NCBI GenBank assembly: GCA_041661645.1
Contig: JBAZUA010000001.1
Location: 45,618-109,617 of the forward strand
Origin: Minisyncoccota bacterium
GTDB lineage: Bacteria > Patescibacteriota > Minisyncoccia > Phycocordibacterales > UBA6065
Reading direction: 5' to 3'
Length of the DNA: 64,000 nucleotides
Below the pieces are notes generated by a model. It saw only the letters and a program-made list of their open reading frames with translations, did no database searches and was not told the DNA's origin. Below, one piece after another: positions 1 to 8,523 of this stretch. Both the position numbers and the translations under genes were made by a program. Each line of letters begins with the position of its first letter. The first letter of the stretch is position 1.

Positions 1-210
1 AAGTCTTCCGCGCAGATTGTCGCGCTCTACGCGAAGGAGAGCCTCGTCGGAAGACTTGTCTTGGGCGTGGTCAATTTTCCTCCCCGTAAAATAGGGCCAT
101 TCGAGTCCGAGGTTTTGACCCTTGGCGTGCCTGATGGGGACGGGAAGGTCATTCTCGTAGCCCCGGATGACAAAGATGCGGTGATTGGAAGTAAGTTATT
201 CTAAAAGCCA
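1..210 (+). CDS. 3' end of a gene encoding a tRNA-binding (Myf/EMAP-like) domain; start lies outside the window
   Basis: Frame-1 translation ...VNFPPRKIGPFESEVLTLGVPDGDGKVILVAPDDKDAVIGSKLF* matches the C-terminal tRNA-binding domain seen in MetRS C-termini and CsaA. Confidence 0.5.
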
Positions 211-758
211 TGGACATAAAACTAGGAAAATTGGACTTCGCCCTCGCAAAAGACCATCCCAAGCTTCTTTCCGCAAGCGTTGCTGAAGCGATATCGAAAC
301 TACCTGACGGCGGACTCATCGGCGTGGCGGAAATAGATCCGAACATGTCCGACACCGCGGCCTTTTGCGCCGAGTACGAGGTTGGCCTGAATCAGGTGGC
401 AAACTGCGTCATCCTCGAGGCAAAAAGGGCAGAGCGCTCGTGGTATGCGGGGTGCTCCATACTCGGAAGCACCAGGGCGGATGTGAATGGGCTCGCCAGG
501 AAAACCCTCGACGCGCGCAAGGTATCCTTTGCCCCAATGGAAAGGGCGGTCTCTGCCACGGAAATGGAGTACGGGGCGATATCACCAATCGGCCTTCCTA
601 CGGACTGGATGCTTCTCGTCGACAGGGCCGTAGCCGATTCTGAATATGTCATCGTGGGGAGCGGGATCAGAAAATCAAAGCTGGCCATTCCGGGTAAATT
701 ATTTTCAACCCTACCTAACGTGAAAATCCTGGATGGTTTGGGCAGTGCTATCATCTAA
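210..758 (+). CDS. YbaK/ProX-type aminoacyl-tRNA editing deacylase
   Basis: 182-aa ORF with a YbaK/EbsC-like fold pattern (…GVAEIDPNMSDTAAFC…VNGLARKTLDARKVSFAPMERAVSATEMEYGAISPIG…). Confidence 0.65.
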   Translation: MDIKLGKLDFALAKDHPKLLSASVAEAISKLPDGGLIGVAEIDPNMSDTAAFCAEYEVGLNQVANCVILEAKRAERSWYAGCSILGSTRADVNGLARKTLDARKVSFAPMERAVSATEMEYGAISPIGLPTDWMLLVDRAVADSEYVIVGSGIRKSKLAIPGKLFSTLPNVKILDGLGSAII

Positions 759-763
759 ATAAT

Positions 764-1246
764 ATGAAAACCCACCCCGAAACCACGATCGGCCACGTGC
801 ACCTGACCGTTGCTGACCTTGACCGATCGCTCGCGTTCTACCGCGACCTTCTGGGCTTTGAGGTGACGACCCGCTATGGCCAAAACGCGGTGTTCCTGTC
901 TGCCGGCGGGTACCATCATCACATCGGCCTCAATACCTGGGCGGGCAAGGGCGTCACACCGCCGCCACAGGGACACTCGGGCCTCTACCACTTCGCCATA
1001 CTCTATCCGAACAGGAAGGCCCTTGCTCAGGTCATCAAACGCCTCATCGACGCCGAATATCCGATCACGGGAATGTCGGATCACGGGGTCTCCGAGGCGA
1101 TATACCTCGATGACCCTGATATGATAGGGGTCGAGCTCTATGTCGATCGTCCAAGGTCAGAGTGGAAGGTAAGGAACGACGGTGAGGTGGAGATGGTGAC
1201 GAAGCCTCTCGACATCAAAGATCTGCTCGGCGAGCTTGATAAATAA
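764..1246 (+). CDS. VOC-family (glyoxalase/bleomycin-resistance/extradiol dioxygenase-like) protein
   Basis: 160 aa; N-terminal 'IGHVHLTVADLDRSLAFYRDLLGFE' and second beta-alpha-beta-beta-beta module are typical of the VOC superfamily. Confidence 0.7.
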   Translation: MKTHPETTIGHVHLTVADLDRSLAFYRDLLGFEVTTRYGQNAVFLSAGGYHHHIGLNTWAGKGVTPPPQGHSGLYHFAILYPNRKALAQVIKRLIDAEYPITGMSDHGVSEAIYLDDPDMIGVELYVDRPRSEWKVRNDGEVEMVTKPLDIKDLLGELDK

Positions 1247-1262
1247 AACCTAAAACAAACAC

Positions 1263-1697
1263 ATGCGAAAAATGATCCTCGGACTCGTCATCATAATGCT
1301 CGTCGGACTTTCGACTTTCGTCATACTGAAAAATCCCGGGCGAAATGAAGCCCCCGCAAATAGCACCGAACAGGTCACCACGACCACGGACAACGACAGC
1401 ACAGCGGTGACCACCAGCCTCAATCAGCCCCTCATATACAACAATGTCATGGTGACCGCCACCAAGGTGCTGGAGGATAGCCGCTGCCCGTCAGACGTTC
1501 AATGCATACAGGCCGGAACGGTCAGGCTTTCGCTTAACATAGAGACCACCCTCGGCACCTCGACCGTGGAGATGAGGCCGGGAGAAACGGTCAAACTCGA
1601 CGGATTCTCCCTTTCGTTTGATTCAGTTTCGCCATACCCGGTCTCGACATCAAAGATATCGCCTGCCGATTATAAGTTTATCCTCGGCATTCTCTAA
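1263..1697 (+). CDS. exported hypothetical protein (N-terminal signal peptide/anchor)
   Basis: 144-aa ORF with hydrophobic N-terminus MRKMILGLVIIMLVGLSTFVIL followed by a Thr/Ser-rich region; no recognisable domain. Confidence 0.4.
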   Translation: MRKMILGLVIIMLVGLSTFVILKNPGRNEAPANSTEQVTTTTDNDSTAVTTSLNQPLIYNNVMVTATKVLEDSRCPSDVQCIQAGTVRLSLNIETTLGTSTVEMRPGETVKLDGFSLSFDSVSPYPVSTSKISPADYKFILGIL

Positions 1698-1701
1698 AGA
1701 C

Positions 1702-2415
1702 ATGAAACTCATCTTTCTCGACACCGAATCGACGGGCATAGACCCGGCAAAGGATCGCCTTTGTCAGGTCTGCTACAGAACCGACGCTGACGGGACGCGC
1801 GTAGAATACTTCAAGCCACCAGTGCCGATATCGATCGAGGCAATGAGCATAACCCATATCACGAACAAGATGGTGTCGGACAAGCCCGCCTTCATGGGGA
1901 GCGGCATGCAAAATGATCTTTCCGCGCTTCTCGCCGAGGGAGTCCTTGTCGCCCACAACGCCAAGTTTGACAAGACCATGCTCGAGCTCGAGGGCCTGAA
2001 GGTGCCCAGGTTCATCTGCACCCTGCGCCTAGCCCGACATCTCGACGCCGAGGGTGTCATCCCAAAATACAACCTCCAGTATCTCCGCTATTATCTCGAC
2101 CTTGATGTAGCGGGAAGCGCGCACGACGCAGAAGGGGACGTGAACGTGCTCTATGCCGTATATCAGAGACTCTTCGCAAAGGTCCGCGCCCAGGAGGCGA
2201 GCGACGAGGCGGCGATCGCCAAGATGATAGACATATCGGGCAAACCCTCGCTCTTCCGAACCTTTAACTTCGGCAAGCATATGGGCAAGAGGCTCGAGGA
2301 CGTGGCCAAGACAGACCGGAACTATCTCGAATGGCTGCTCGGGCAAAAGCTCGCGAGCGGGGAGGATGACGAGGATTGGATATATACGCTCAAGTTCTAT
2401 CTGGGGAAGGCCTAG
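1702..2415 (+). CDS. DEDDh-type 3'-5' exonuclease (DnaQ-like) with C-terminal extension
   Basis: Start MKLIFLDTESTGIDP (Exo I motif D-x-E), later VAHNAKFDKTML (Exo II) and YHDA-like motif; upstream ORF extension lacks an RBS. Confidence 0.7.
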   Translation: MKLIFLDTESTGIDPAKDRLCQVCYRTDADGTRVEYFKPPVPISIEAMSITHITNKMVSDKPAFMGSGMQNDLSALLAEGVLVAHNAKFDKTMLELEGLKVPRFICTLRLARHLDAEGVIPKYNLQYLRYYLDLDVAGSAHDAEGDVNVLYAVYQRLFAKVRAQEASDEAAIAKMIDISGKPSLFRTFNFGKHMGKRLEDVAKTDRNYLEWLLGQKLASGEDDEDWIYTLKFYLGKA

Positions 2416-2432
2416 CGAGCGCCTGAAGATAT

Positions 2433-2461
2433 TTGACAATATACAATATATTATATATAAT
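2433..2461 (+). promoter_or_regulatory. near-consensus sigma70-type promoter (TTGACA-17 nt-TATAAT)
   Basis: TTGACA at 2433-2438, 17-nt AT-rich spacer, TATAAT at 2456-2461, ~50 nt upstream of the 2511 ORF. Confidence 0.5.
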
Positions 2462-2510
2462 ACACAAGTAAGCTGTTTCATTCAAAAACCGTCAGTTTTT
2501 CCTTTTACCT

Positions 2511-3230
2511 ATGAAAAAGCAGATCCTTGTCAGCATCAGTATTCTCGTGGCATTTTTTGCCACTGTTAGCGCGAGTGCCGAAGGCGGATTTTTCTCGTTT
2601 GACGTCTGGGACAAATATGTCACGGCAGACTCGGGTCTGGCCTACGACAATCCCGTGCTTCAGACCTACACCTCAAAAGACATCGGCAAAGGTTTCTACG
2701 CGGGTCTCTTCACGTCCGTCGCCGACAAGAAAGGCTACGGCAACGAAGTGGACCTGAGCTTGGGCCGATCCTGGGGAGACACCGTGCAATACGATGTCAG
2801 CGTATCGTATTGGAACATATCCGAGTTGGACAGGACGAACTCGGACCTCTGGGTGCTCACCCTCGACGCTTCGAAGGAAGTTCTCTCGGGACCCATCAGT
2901 GTAACCATCGGCGCATGTCTCGAAAGCTACGTTCCTATGGAGAAATCCTTCTGGACCGGCGGCTATCGGGGCACGCTAAGAACAAGCGTCACCAAAGAGC
3001 TAGTCAAGGACAAGCTCAGCCTCAACGGTGAGGTGTCGCTTATGCGTGACGATGGGTCCCTCGGGTCTAATCCATCCTTCGTAGCAGGCCTGTCCGGAAG
3101 CCTGGCGTGGACGGTCGGGAGATTCACAATCATGCCAATCGAGGTGAAAGTCACCGAGATACTAAGTAACGTGAGTGACGGCCGCAAGGACCGAATCGTC
3201 CTGGGCGCAGGCATGTCCACCACGTTCTAA
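2511..3230 (+). CDS. abundant exported beta-rich protein, porin/OMP-like (signal peptide, C-terminal Phe)
   Basis: Signal peptide MKKQILVSISILVAFFATVSASA; Gly/Ser/Thr/aromatic-rich alternating pattern; ends …GAGMSTTF; driven by the consensus promoter and followed by a terminator. Confidence 0.45.
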   Translation: MKKQILVSISILVAFFATVSASAEGGFFSFDVWDKYVTADSGLAYDNPVLQTYTSKDIGKGFYAGLFTSVADKKGYGNEVDLSLGRSWGDTVQYDVSVSYWNISELDRTNSDLWVLTLDASKEVLSGPISVTIGACLESYVPMEKSFWTGGYRGTLRTSVTKELVKDKLSLNGEVSLMRDDGSLGSNPSFVAGLSGSLAWTVGRFTIMPIEVKVTEILSNVSDGRKDRIVLGAGMSTTF

Positions 3231-3252
3231 CGCGTCGGAATTAGTCAGTTTC

Positions 3253-3293
3253 GGGAGCCGTAACCTTCAAGGTTGCGGCTCCTTTTGTTTTTG
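3253..3293 (+). terminator. rho-independent terminator
   Basis: GGGAGCCG…CGGCTCC hairpin followed by TTTTGTTTTTG. Confidence 0.6.
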
Positions 3294-3348
3294 TGTAAAA
3301 CCCGGAGACATCGTTACGATTGCCCCCATAGGGAGCTGATGATATGCT

Positions 3349-4344
3349 TTGGCTATCAAACCCATGTCACAGCCACGAAAAATCCTCCTCTCGGGCGTAA
3401 GGCCCACTGGTCGCCCCCATATCGGAAACTATTTCGGCGCGATGAAGCAGTTCGTCGACCTCCTGAACACCGGCAACTACGAGTGCTACTTCATGATCGC
3501 CGACTATCACGCCCTGAACTTCATACAGAACAAGGCCGAGATGCAGACGAACATCATCGACCTCGCCCTCGACTATATCGCCATCGGCCTCGACCCAAAG
3601 AAGTCCGTGCTGTTCAAGCAGTCTGACGTCTCCGCCCACACCGAGCTCGCCTGGATATTCGACAGCATCACCACCATGCCATATCTCATGCGCGCGAACG
3701 CCTTCAAGGATGCGGAAGCCAAGAACTCCGAGATAAACGTGGCGACCTTCAACTATCCGATGCTCATGGCGGCAGACATCCTGATATATGACGCGGATAT
3801 AGTTCCCGTGGGCCTCGACCAGAAGCAGCACATCGAGTACACCCGCGACACGGCCCAGAAATTCAACCGCATCTTCGGCGAAACTTTCAAATTGCCAAAA
3901 GAGCTCATCGTCGAGAATGTAAAGACCGTCCCTGGCATCGACGGGCGCAAGATGTCCAAGTCATACGGCAACACCATCGGGCTCTTTGCCACCGACGAAG
4001 AGATAAAGAAGGCCGTGATGTCCATAGTCACCGACTCCGGCAAGAATCCCGACGGAACCCCATCCGTGCCGGTAAACGTTCGTGCCATTCACGAGCTCTT
4101 CCGCGACAAGGCGTATCTCGACGCGCTCTATGCCGAGAAGGCGGGAAAATATAAAGACCTCAAGGAAGCTCTGGCCGCCGACGTTCAGGCGTTCATCAGG
4201 CCGATGCGAGAGCGACGCGACAGGCTCGCACAGAATCGATCAAAGGTAATGAAAATCCTGGCAAAGGGAGGGAAGAAGGCTGCGAAGAAGGCAAACAAGA
4301 CGATGGAGAGGGTGAAGGAGGCGGTTGGCGTGACCCTCGAATAG
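3349..4344 (+). CDS. trpS: tryptophanyl-tRNA synthetase
   Basis: Class I aaRS with HIGH-type motif (GRPHIGNYFGA) and KMSKS; 331-aa length and overall pattern are typical of TrpRS. Confidence 0.9.
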   Translation: MAIKPMSQPRKILLSGVRPTGRPHIGNYFGAMKQFVDLLNTGNYECYFMIADYHALNFIQNKAEMQTNIIDLALDYIAIGLDPKKSVLFKQSDVSAHTELAWIFDSITTMPYLMRANAFKDAEAKNSEINVATFNYPMLMAADILIYDADIVPVGLDQKQHIEYTRDTAQKFNRIFGETFKLPKELIVENVKTVPGIDGRKMSKSYGNTIGLFATDEEIKKAVMSIVTDSGKNPDGTPSVPVNVRAIHELFRDKAYLDALYAEKAGKYKDLKEALAADVQAFIRPMRERRDRLAQNRSKVMKILAKGGKKAAKKANKTMERVKEAVGVTLE

Positions 4345-4380
4345 GCTTTTGTATATACAGTATAGCAAACAGGTTGACGC

Positions 4381-6177
4381 TTGCGCAAGGCTATGGCATT
4401 TTGCTTTACTTATCCCATGAATAACAAAGAAAAAAACTATTCCTCGCTCGACCTCATTCGATCGCTCTGGTCCTTTCTGCGTCCCTACAGGGGAAAATTC
4501 ATCCTCGGAACCCTGCTTCGCATCATCGGCGAGATCACCTGGCTCTATCCGGCCTACGCCCTCGGGTCGATAGCGACGTTCTTTGTCGGATATCACATAG
4601 GCGATCCTCTTGGTCCTTTCTGGCAGATCATCGGTCTTCTGGGTATCGCGTCCTTGGTCTATTTCATAACGTCCTACTTCGGCAACCTCCTGGGCTTCAG
4701 GACCGCCCTCAGGACATCCATCGATTCGCAGCTTATCGCCATCAAACACATCCTCAAGCTCGACATCGGCTGGCACGAGACGGAGAACACCGGAAACAAG
4801 GTGAAGAAGATAGACCGCGGGAGCAACGCGGTCAACATGCTCCTCAGGGCGTGGTTCTCCCCGATGATCGGTATAGTCGTCAGCCTCGTCGGAGTCACCC
4901 TCATAATATCCCGCTTCGACAAGATGATCTCGTTTCTGACGCTGGTGTTCCTCGTGGCCTATTTCCTAGTCTCCTTCTTCTTCACGAAAAACGCGGTCAA
5001 GGTCCAGCGAGCCGAGAACATAAAGGACGAGAACCTATCCGGGCTCATATTTGAATCGGTCAACAATGTCCGAAGCGCCAAGGTGATGTCGATGATTCCA
5101 CCCCTCACGGAGATGATACGGGGGATGAGTTCGGAACTCTATAGCCTTGCTCGTATGAGGGTGTTCTGGTATCAGTCGGGCGGTGCCGTAAAGAATCTCA
5201 CGGGACAGGCCTTTCGCCTGGCCATCATGGCATACATAGGCTGGGGCATCATGCAGGGATGGTATGGCGTCGGCTTCATGGTCCTCTTCTACAGCTACTT
5301 CTCGAGCGTCCAGTCAGCGGTAGGCCAGCTGGCCGAAAGCTCCCAGGACTTCGCCATACGAAAGACCCAGGTGGGCAGGATGACGGACCTCCTCAAGGAG
5401 AAGCCCTCGACGGACATCGAGGATGGCAAGCTGCGCTTCCCCGACGGATGGAAGATGATCGAGGTAAAGAACGTGTCCTTCGCCTACGGGGACAAGAAAA
5501 TCCTCGACAACGTCACCTTCACCATATCCCGCGGCGAGAAGATAGGAATCGTCGGGCTCTCCGGTGCCGGCAAATCGACGCTCTTCAAGCTGTTGCTCAA
5601 GGAGCGCGAGAATTACGAGGGGGAGATCCTGGTCGACGGCATCCCGCTCAGGTCAATCAGCAAGAACGACTACTTCAGGCACGCGGCCGTCGTCCTTCAG
5701 GAGACCGAGGTGTTCAACTTCACCCTTCGCGACAACGTGACGATATCGAATCACGAGAAGGCACTTGATGACAGGCTCTTCGAGAGGGCGATCGAGATAG
5801 CGCACGTCGCGGAATTCGCCAAGGCGCTGCCGCAGGGGACGAACACCCAGATCGGAGAGAAAGGCGTTAAGCTGTCAGGGGGCGAGAAGCAGCGCGTCGG
5901 CGTCGCCCGCGCCATATTCAAGGAGCCCGAGCTGCTCCTTCTCGACGAGGCAACCTCGCATCTCGACATCGAATCCGAGGAGAAGATACAGGACTCGCTC
6001 CATCAGTTCTTCCAGAACGTCACGGCGGTCGTCATCGCCCATCGCCTCACCACAATAAGGGAAATGGACAAGATACTGGTCATCGAGGGAGGAAAGATCA
6101 TCGAGCAGGGAAGCTTCGCCGAACTACAGGCAAGCAAAGGCAGGTTCTACGGCCTCTGGGAAAAGCAGAAGCTCTAG
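4381..6177 (+). CDS. ABC exporter, fused permease + ATP-binding protein (MsbA/MdlB-like)
   Basis: Six-TM N-terminal half; Walker A GLSGAGKST, signature LSGGEKQR, Walker B LLLLDEATS. Confidence 0.85.
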   Translation: MRKAMAFCFTYPMNNKEKNYSSLDLIRSLWSFLRPYRGKFILGTLLRIIGEITWLYPAYALGSIATFFVGYHIGDPLGPFWQIIGLLGIASLVYFITSYFGNLLGFRTALRTSIDSQLIAIKHILKLDIGWHETENTGNKVKKIDRGSNAVNMLLRAWFSPMIGIVVSLVGVTLIISRFDKMISFLTLVFLVAYFLVSFFFTKNAVKVQRAENIKDENLSGLIFESVNNVRSAKVMSMIPPLTEMIRGMSSELYSLARMRVFWYQSGGAVKNLTGQAFRLAIMAYIGWGIMQGWYGVGFMVLFYSYFSSVQSAVGQLAESSQDFAIRKTQVGRMTDLLKEKPSTDIEDGKLRFPDGWKMIEVKNVSFAYGDKKILDNVTFTISRGEKIGIVGLSGAGKSTLFKLLLKERENYEGEILVDGIPLRSISKNDYFRHAAVVLQETEVFNFTLRDNVTISNHEKALDDRLFERAIEIAHVAEFAKALPQGTNTQIGEKGVKLSGGEKQRVGVARAIFKEPELLLLDEATSHLDIESEEKIQDSLHQFFQNVTAVVIAHRLTTIREMDKILVIEGGKIIEQGSFAELQASKGRFYGLWEKQKL

Positions 6178-6184
6178 TTTGCAG

Positions 6185-6431
6185 GGGTCGATTTTATGCG
6201 CTAGAGTATCCTCATACCACTGACCCGGCTGACACCGGCGAGGTAGGGGAAGGAAATCGCTCGAAACCCTTATGGTTCAAGGCGAAAGTAGAATCTCCCG
6301 GAACCCGCCCGATGCGGCAAACAAAGAGTGGGCCATGCAAAAAACGATGGCCCGAAAACAGGGTGGCACCGCGACAAAGTCGCCCCTGCGAATTTATCAG
6401 CCGATGAATTTGGAGGGGCGACTTTTATTTT
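6185..6431 (+). promoter_or_regulatory. T-box riboswitch leader (tRNA-sensing transcription attenuator) upstream of aspS
   Basis: Stem III-like hairpin GGGCCAT…ATGGCCC (6330-6353). T-box sequence AGGGTGGCACCGCG at 6360-6373 forms the canonical antiterminator (AGGG/CCCT helix, 7-nt UGGCACC bulge, GCG/CGC helix). Overlapping terminator hairpin GTCGCCCCT…AGGGGCGAC + TTTTATTTT (6379-6431). Confidence 0.7.
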
Positions 6432-6456
6432 CCCCCGAATCTCACAAGCCACACGC

Positions 6457-6792
6457 ATGACAACACTAGAATCACCGGAGCCGCAGGAGAAGGACAGTCA
6501 CCTCGACGCGTTCAATCATTGCCCGTGCCCACAAGGTCCGATGGACATCGCCCGCGAGGAAGAGTACATACACTTCACGAACGAGCTCCAGGGAATGCTC
6601 GCCCTGCGCAAGTTCGGCAAGGATCCCGAGACCGAGAGATTCGCGAAATGGGTGGAGATGTTCTCGGTGCGGTTCAGGGACAATTTCGAGCGTACGATAC
6701 GGGAAAATCCCCTCTATTTTGACGGAATAGCGACCATTGGTGACATAGGCGAGGAGAAGTGGGCTGATCTCGAGGAAAAGATATACAACTAA
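6457..6792 (+). CDS. hypothetical protein (111 aa) between the T-box leader and aspS
   Basis: ORF MTTLESPEPQEKDSH… with a protein-like charged/helical composition; no SD; no recognisable domain. Confidence 0.35.
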   Translation: MTTLESPEPQEKDSHLDAFNHCPCPQGPMDIAREEEYIHFTNELQGMLALRKFGKDPETERFAKWVEMFSVRFRDNFERTIRENPLYFDGIATIGDIGEEKWADLEEKIYN

Positions 6793-6800
6793 CAAAAACC

Positions 6801-8201
6801 ATGGAACGAACATACATAAAAGACCTTGAATCAAAGATGGGGCAGGAAGTGACCATCGCGGGATGGATAGACATTAGGCGCGACCAGGGTAAGCTCATAT
6901 TCATCGACTTCCGCGACATGACGGGATACGTGCAGGGCGTGGTGCTTCCAAACGCCAAGGACGCACAGGCCGTTGCATCAACCGTCCGATCTGAATGGGT
7001 CGTCGAGGTCAAGGGCAAGGTAAACCCTCGCCCCGAGAAGAACGTCCAGAAGGACAAGCAGAACGGCATGATCGAGCTGGAAATTCTCGGCATTACGGTG
7101 CTGAACGAGGCACAGACTCCGCCGATCGACGTACGCTCTGACGGCAGGGAGATCGGCGAGGAGAGCCGCCTGACCTATCGATACCTCGACCTGCGCAGGC
7201 CCCGCATGCAGAAGAACATACGAAACCGCCACGCGGTGAACATGTTCATCAGGAACTGGCTGACCAAGGAGGGCTTCGCCGAGATCGAGACCCCGATGCT
7301 CACCAAATCTACCCCTGAGGGATCCCGAGACTATCTCGTCCCATCCCGCATCGAGAACGGCAAGTTCTATGCGCTCCCTCAGTCACCCCAACAGTACAAA
7401 CAACTCCTCATGTCGGCAGGCTTCGAGAAGTACTTCCAGATCGCCCGATGCCTCCGCGACGAGGACTCTCGCGGCGACCGACAGCCTGAGTTCACCCAGC
7501 TCGACATGGAGATGAGCTTCGTAGCACAGGAGGACGTCATGGCCCTGAACGAGAGACTCTTAATTGAAATGGTTCAGACCGTGGCCCCGCACAAGAAGAT
7601 CCAGCAGATTCCCTTTCCCCGACTCAGCTACAAGGAGGCGATGGAGAAATACCAGAGCGACAAACCGGACATCAGGAACGACAAAAACGATCCCGACCTT
7701 CTCGCCTTCGCCTGGGTCATAGATTTTCCACAGTTTGAGAAGACTGATAAGGGTGGATGGACCTTCAGTCACAATCCATTCTCGGCGCCAAAGCCAGAGC
7801 ACGTCGACATGCTCCTCAAAAAGGAGAATATCGGTGACATAGTCGCCACCCAGTACGACATCACCCTCAACGGATTCGAAATCGGCGGGGGTGGCATCCG
7901 AAACCACAAGCCCGAGATGCTCGAGAAGGTGTTCGAAATCATGGGTCATTCCCCAGAGAAGATAAAGGAAAACTTTGGGCACATGCTCGATGCCTTCTCC
8001 TTTGGCACCCCTCCGCACGGCGGCATCGCCTGGGGCATCGACCGCGTCATGGCGATACTCGAGAACGAGCCGAACATACGCGAGGTCATCGCCTTCGCCA
8101 AGACGGGAGAGGGGAGGGACCTCATGATGAAGACCCCGTCAGAGGTATCGACCGAGCAGCTCATCGAGCTCGGCATCAGCGTGAAGAAGGCCGGAAAATA
8201 G
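6801..8201 (+). CDS. aspS: aspartyl-tRNA synthetase, short archaeal/eukaryal-type (no GAD insertion)
   Basis: N-terminal OB anticodon-binding domain, class II motifs (…FQIARCLRDEDSRGDRQPEFTQLDMEMSF…GGGIRNH…GIDRV); 466 aa is too short for a bacterial-type AspRS carrying a GAD domain. Confidence 0.9.
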   Translation: MERTYIKDLESKMGQEVTIAGWIDIRRDQGKLIFIDFRDMTGYVQGVVLPNAKDAQAVASTVRSEWVVEVKGKVNPRPEKNVQKDKQNGMIELEILGITVLNEAQTPPIDVRSDGREIGEESRLTYRYLDLRRPRMQKNIRNRHAVNMFIRNWLTKEGFAEIETPMLTKSTPEGSRDYLVPSRIENGKFYALPQSPQQYKQLLMSAGFEKYFQIARCLRDEDSRGDRQPEFTQLDMEMSFVAQEDVMALNERLLIEMVQTVAPHKKIQQIPFPRLSYKEAMEKYQSDKPDIRNDKNDPDLLAFAWVIDFPQFEKTDKGGWTFSHNPFSAPKPEHVDMLLKKENIGDIVATQYDITLNGFEIGGGGIRNHKPEMLEKVFEIMGHSPEKIKENFGHMLDAFSFGTPPHGGIAWGIDRVMAILENEPNIREVIAFAKTGEGRDLMMKTPSEVSTEQLIELGISVKKAGK

Positions 8202-8223
8202 GAAACGATACTATCAACCTGGA

Positions 8224-8258
8224 AAGCCCCGCATCGAAAGACGCGGGGCTTTTCGTTC
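8224..8258 (+). terminator. rho-independent terminator after aspS
   Basis: AAGCCCCGCG…CGCGGGGCTT hairpin + TTTCGTTCG. Confidence 0.6.
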
Positions 8259-8436
8259 GTACTATCAGGAGGGACGGGTTACAAACACCCTCCCACAGCT
8301 CCTTATGAGGCACGGACCTATATGCCGAAGCCTCGAGCCCGCGGTCCTCGAGCGCCTATATGGCCTCGGCCCAAGCGAGCAGGTATTCATGGGGATCAGA
8401 TGACTGTCGGGCATAGCCTGACCATCGGAAACCTCG

Positions 8437-8481
8437 GTGCCCGCGCCCACACTTGAGGCGCGGGCACCTTTTATCATTTTG
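8437..8481 (+). terminator. rho-independent terminator inside a long intergenic region
   Basis: GGTGCCCGCGCC-CACACTTGA-GGCGCGGGCACC hairpin followed by TTTTATCATTTT. Confidence 0.55.
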
Positions 8482-8495
8482 CCTCGCCAATACCC

Positions 8496-8523
8496 TTGAC
8501 GGATACAACCCATGTGCTATCCT
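8496..8523 (+). promoter_or_regulatory. candidate sigma70-type promoter (TTGACG-16 nt-TATCCT)
   Basis: -35/-10-like hexamers in the spacer upstream of scpA; followed by ~300 nt rich in hairpins ending in a terminator-like hairpin (~8792-8830). Confidence 0.3.

Noticed and set aside
6178-6456. Possibility that this spacer encodes RNase P RNA, SRP RNA or 6S RNA.
   Set aside because: It is too short for RNase P. It lacks the GGAAGCAGCCA-like SRP domain IV motif and the RNase P P4 consensus. The AGGGTGGCACCGCG antiterminator/terminator architecture fits a T-box leader far better.
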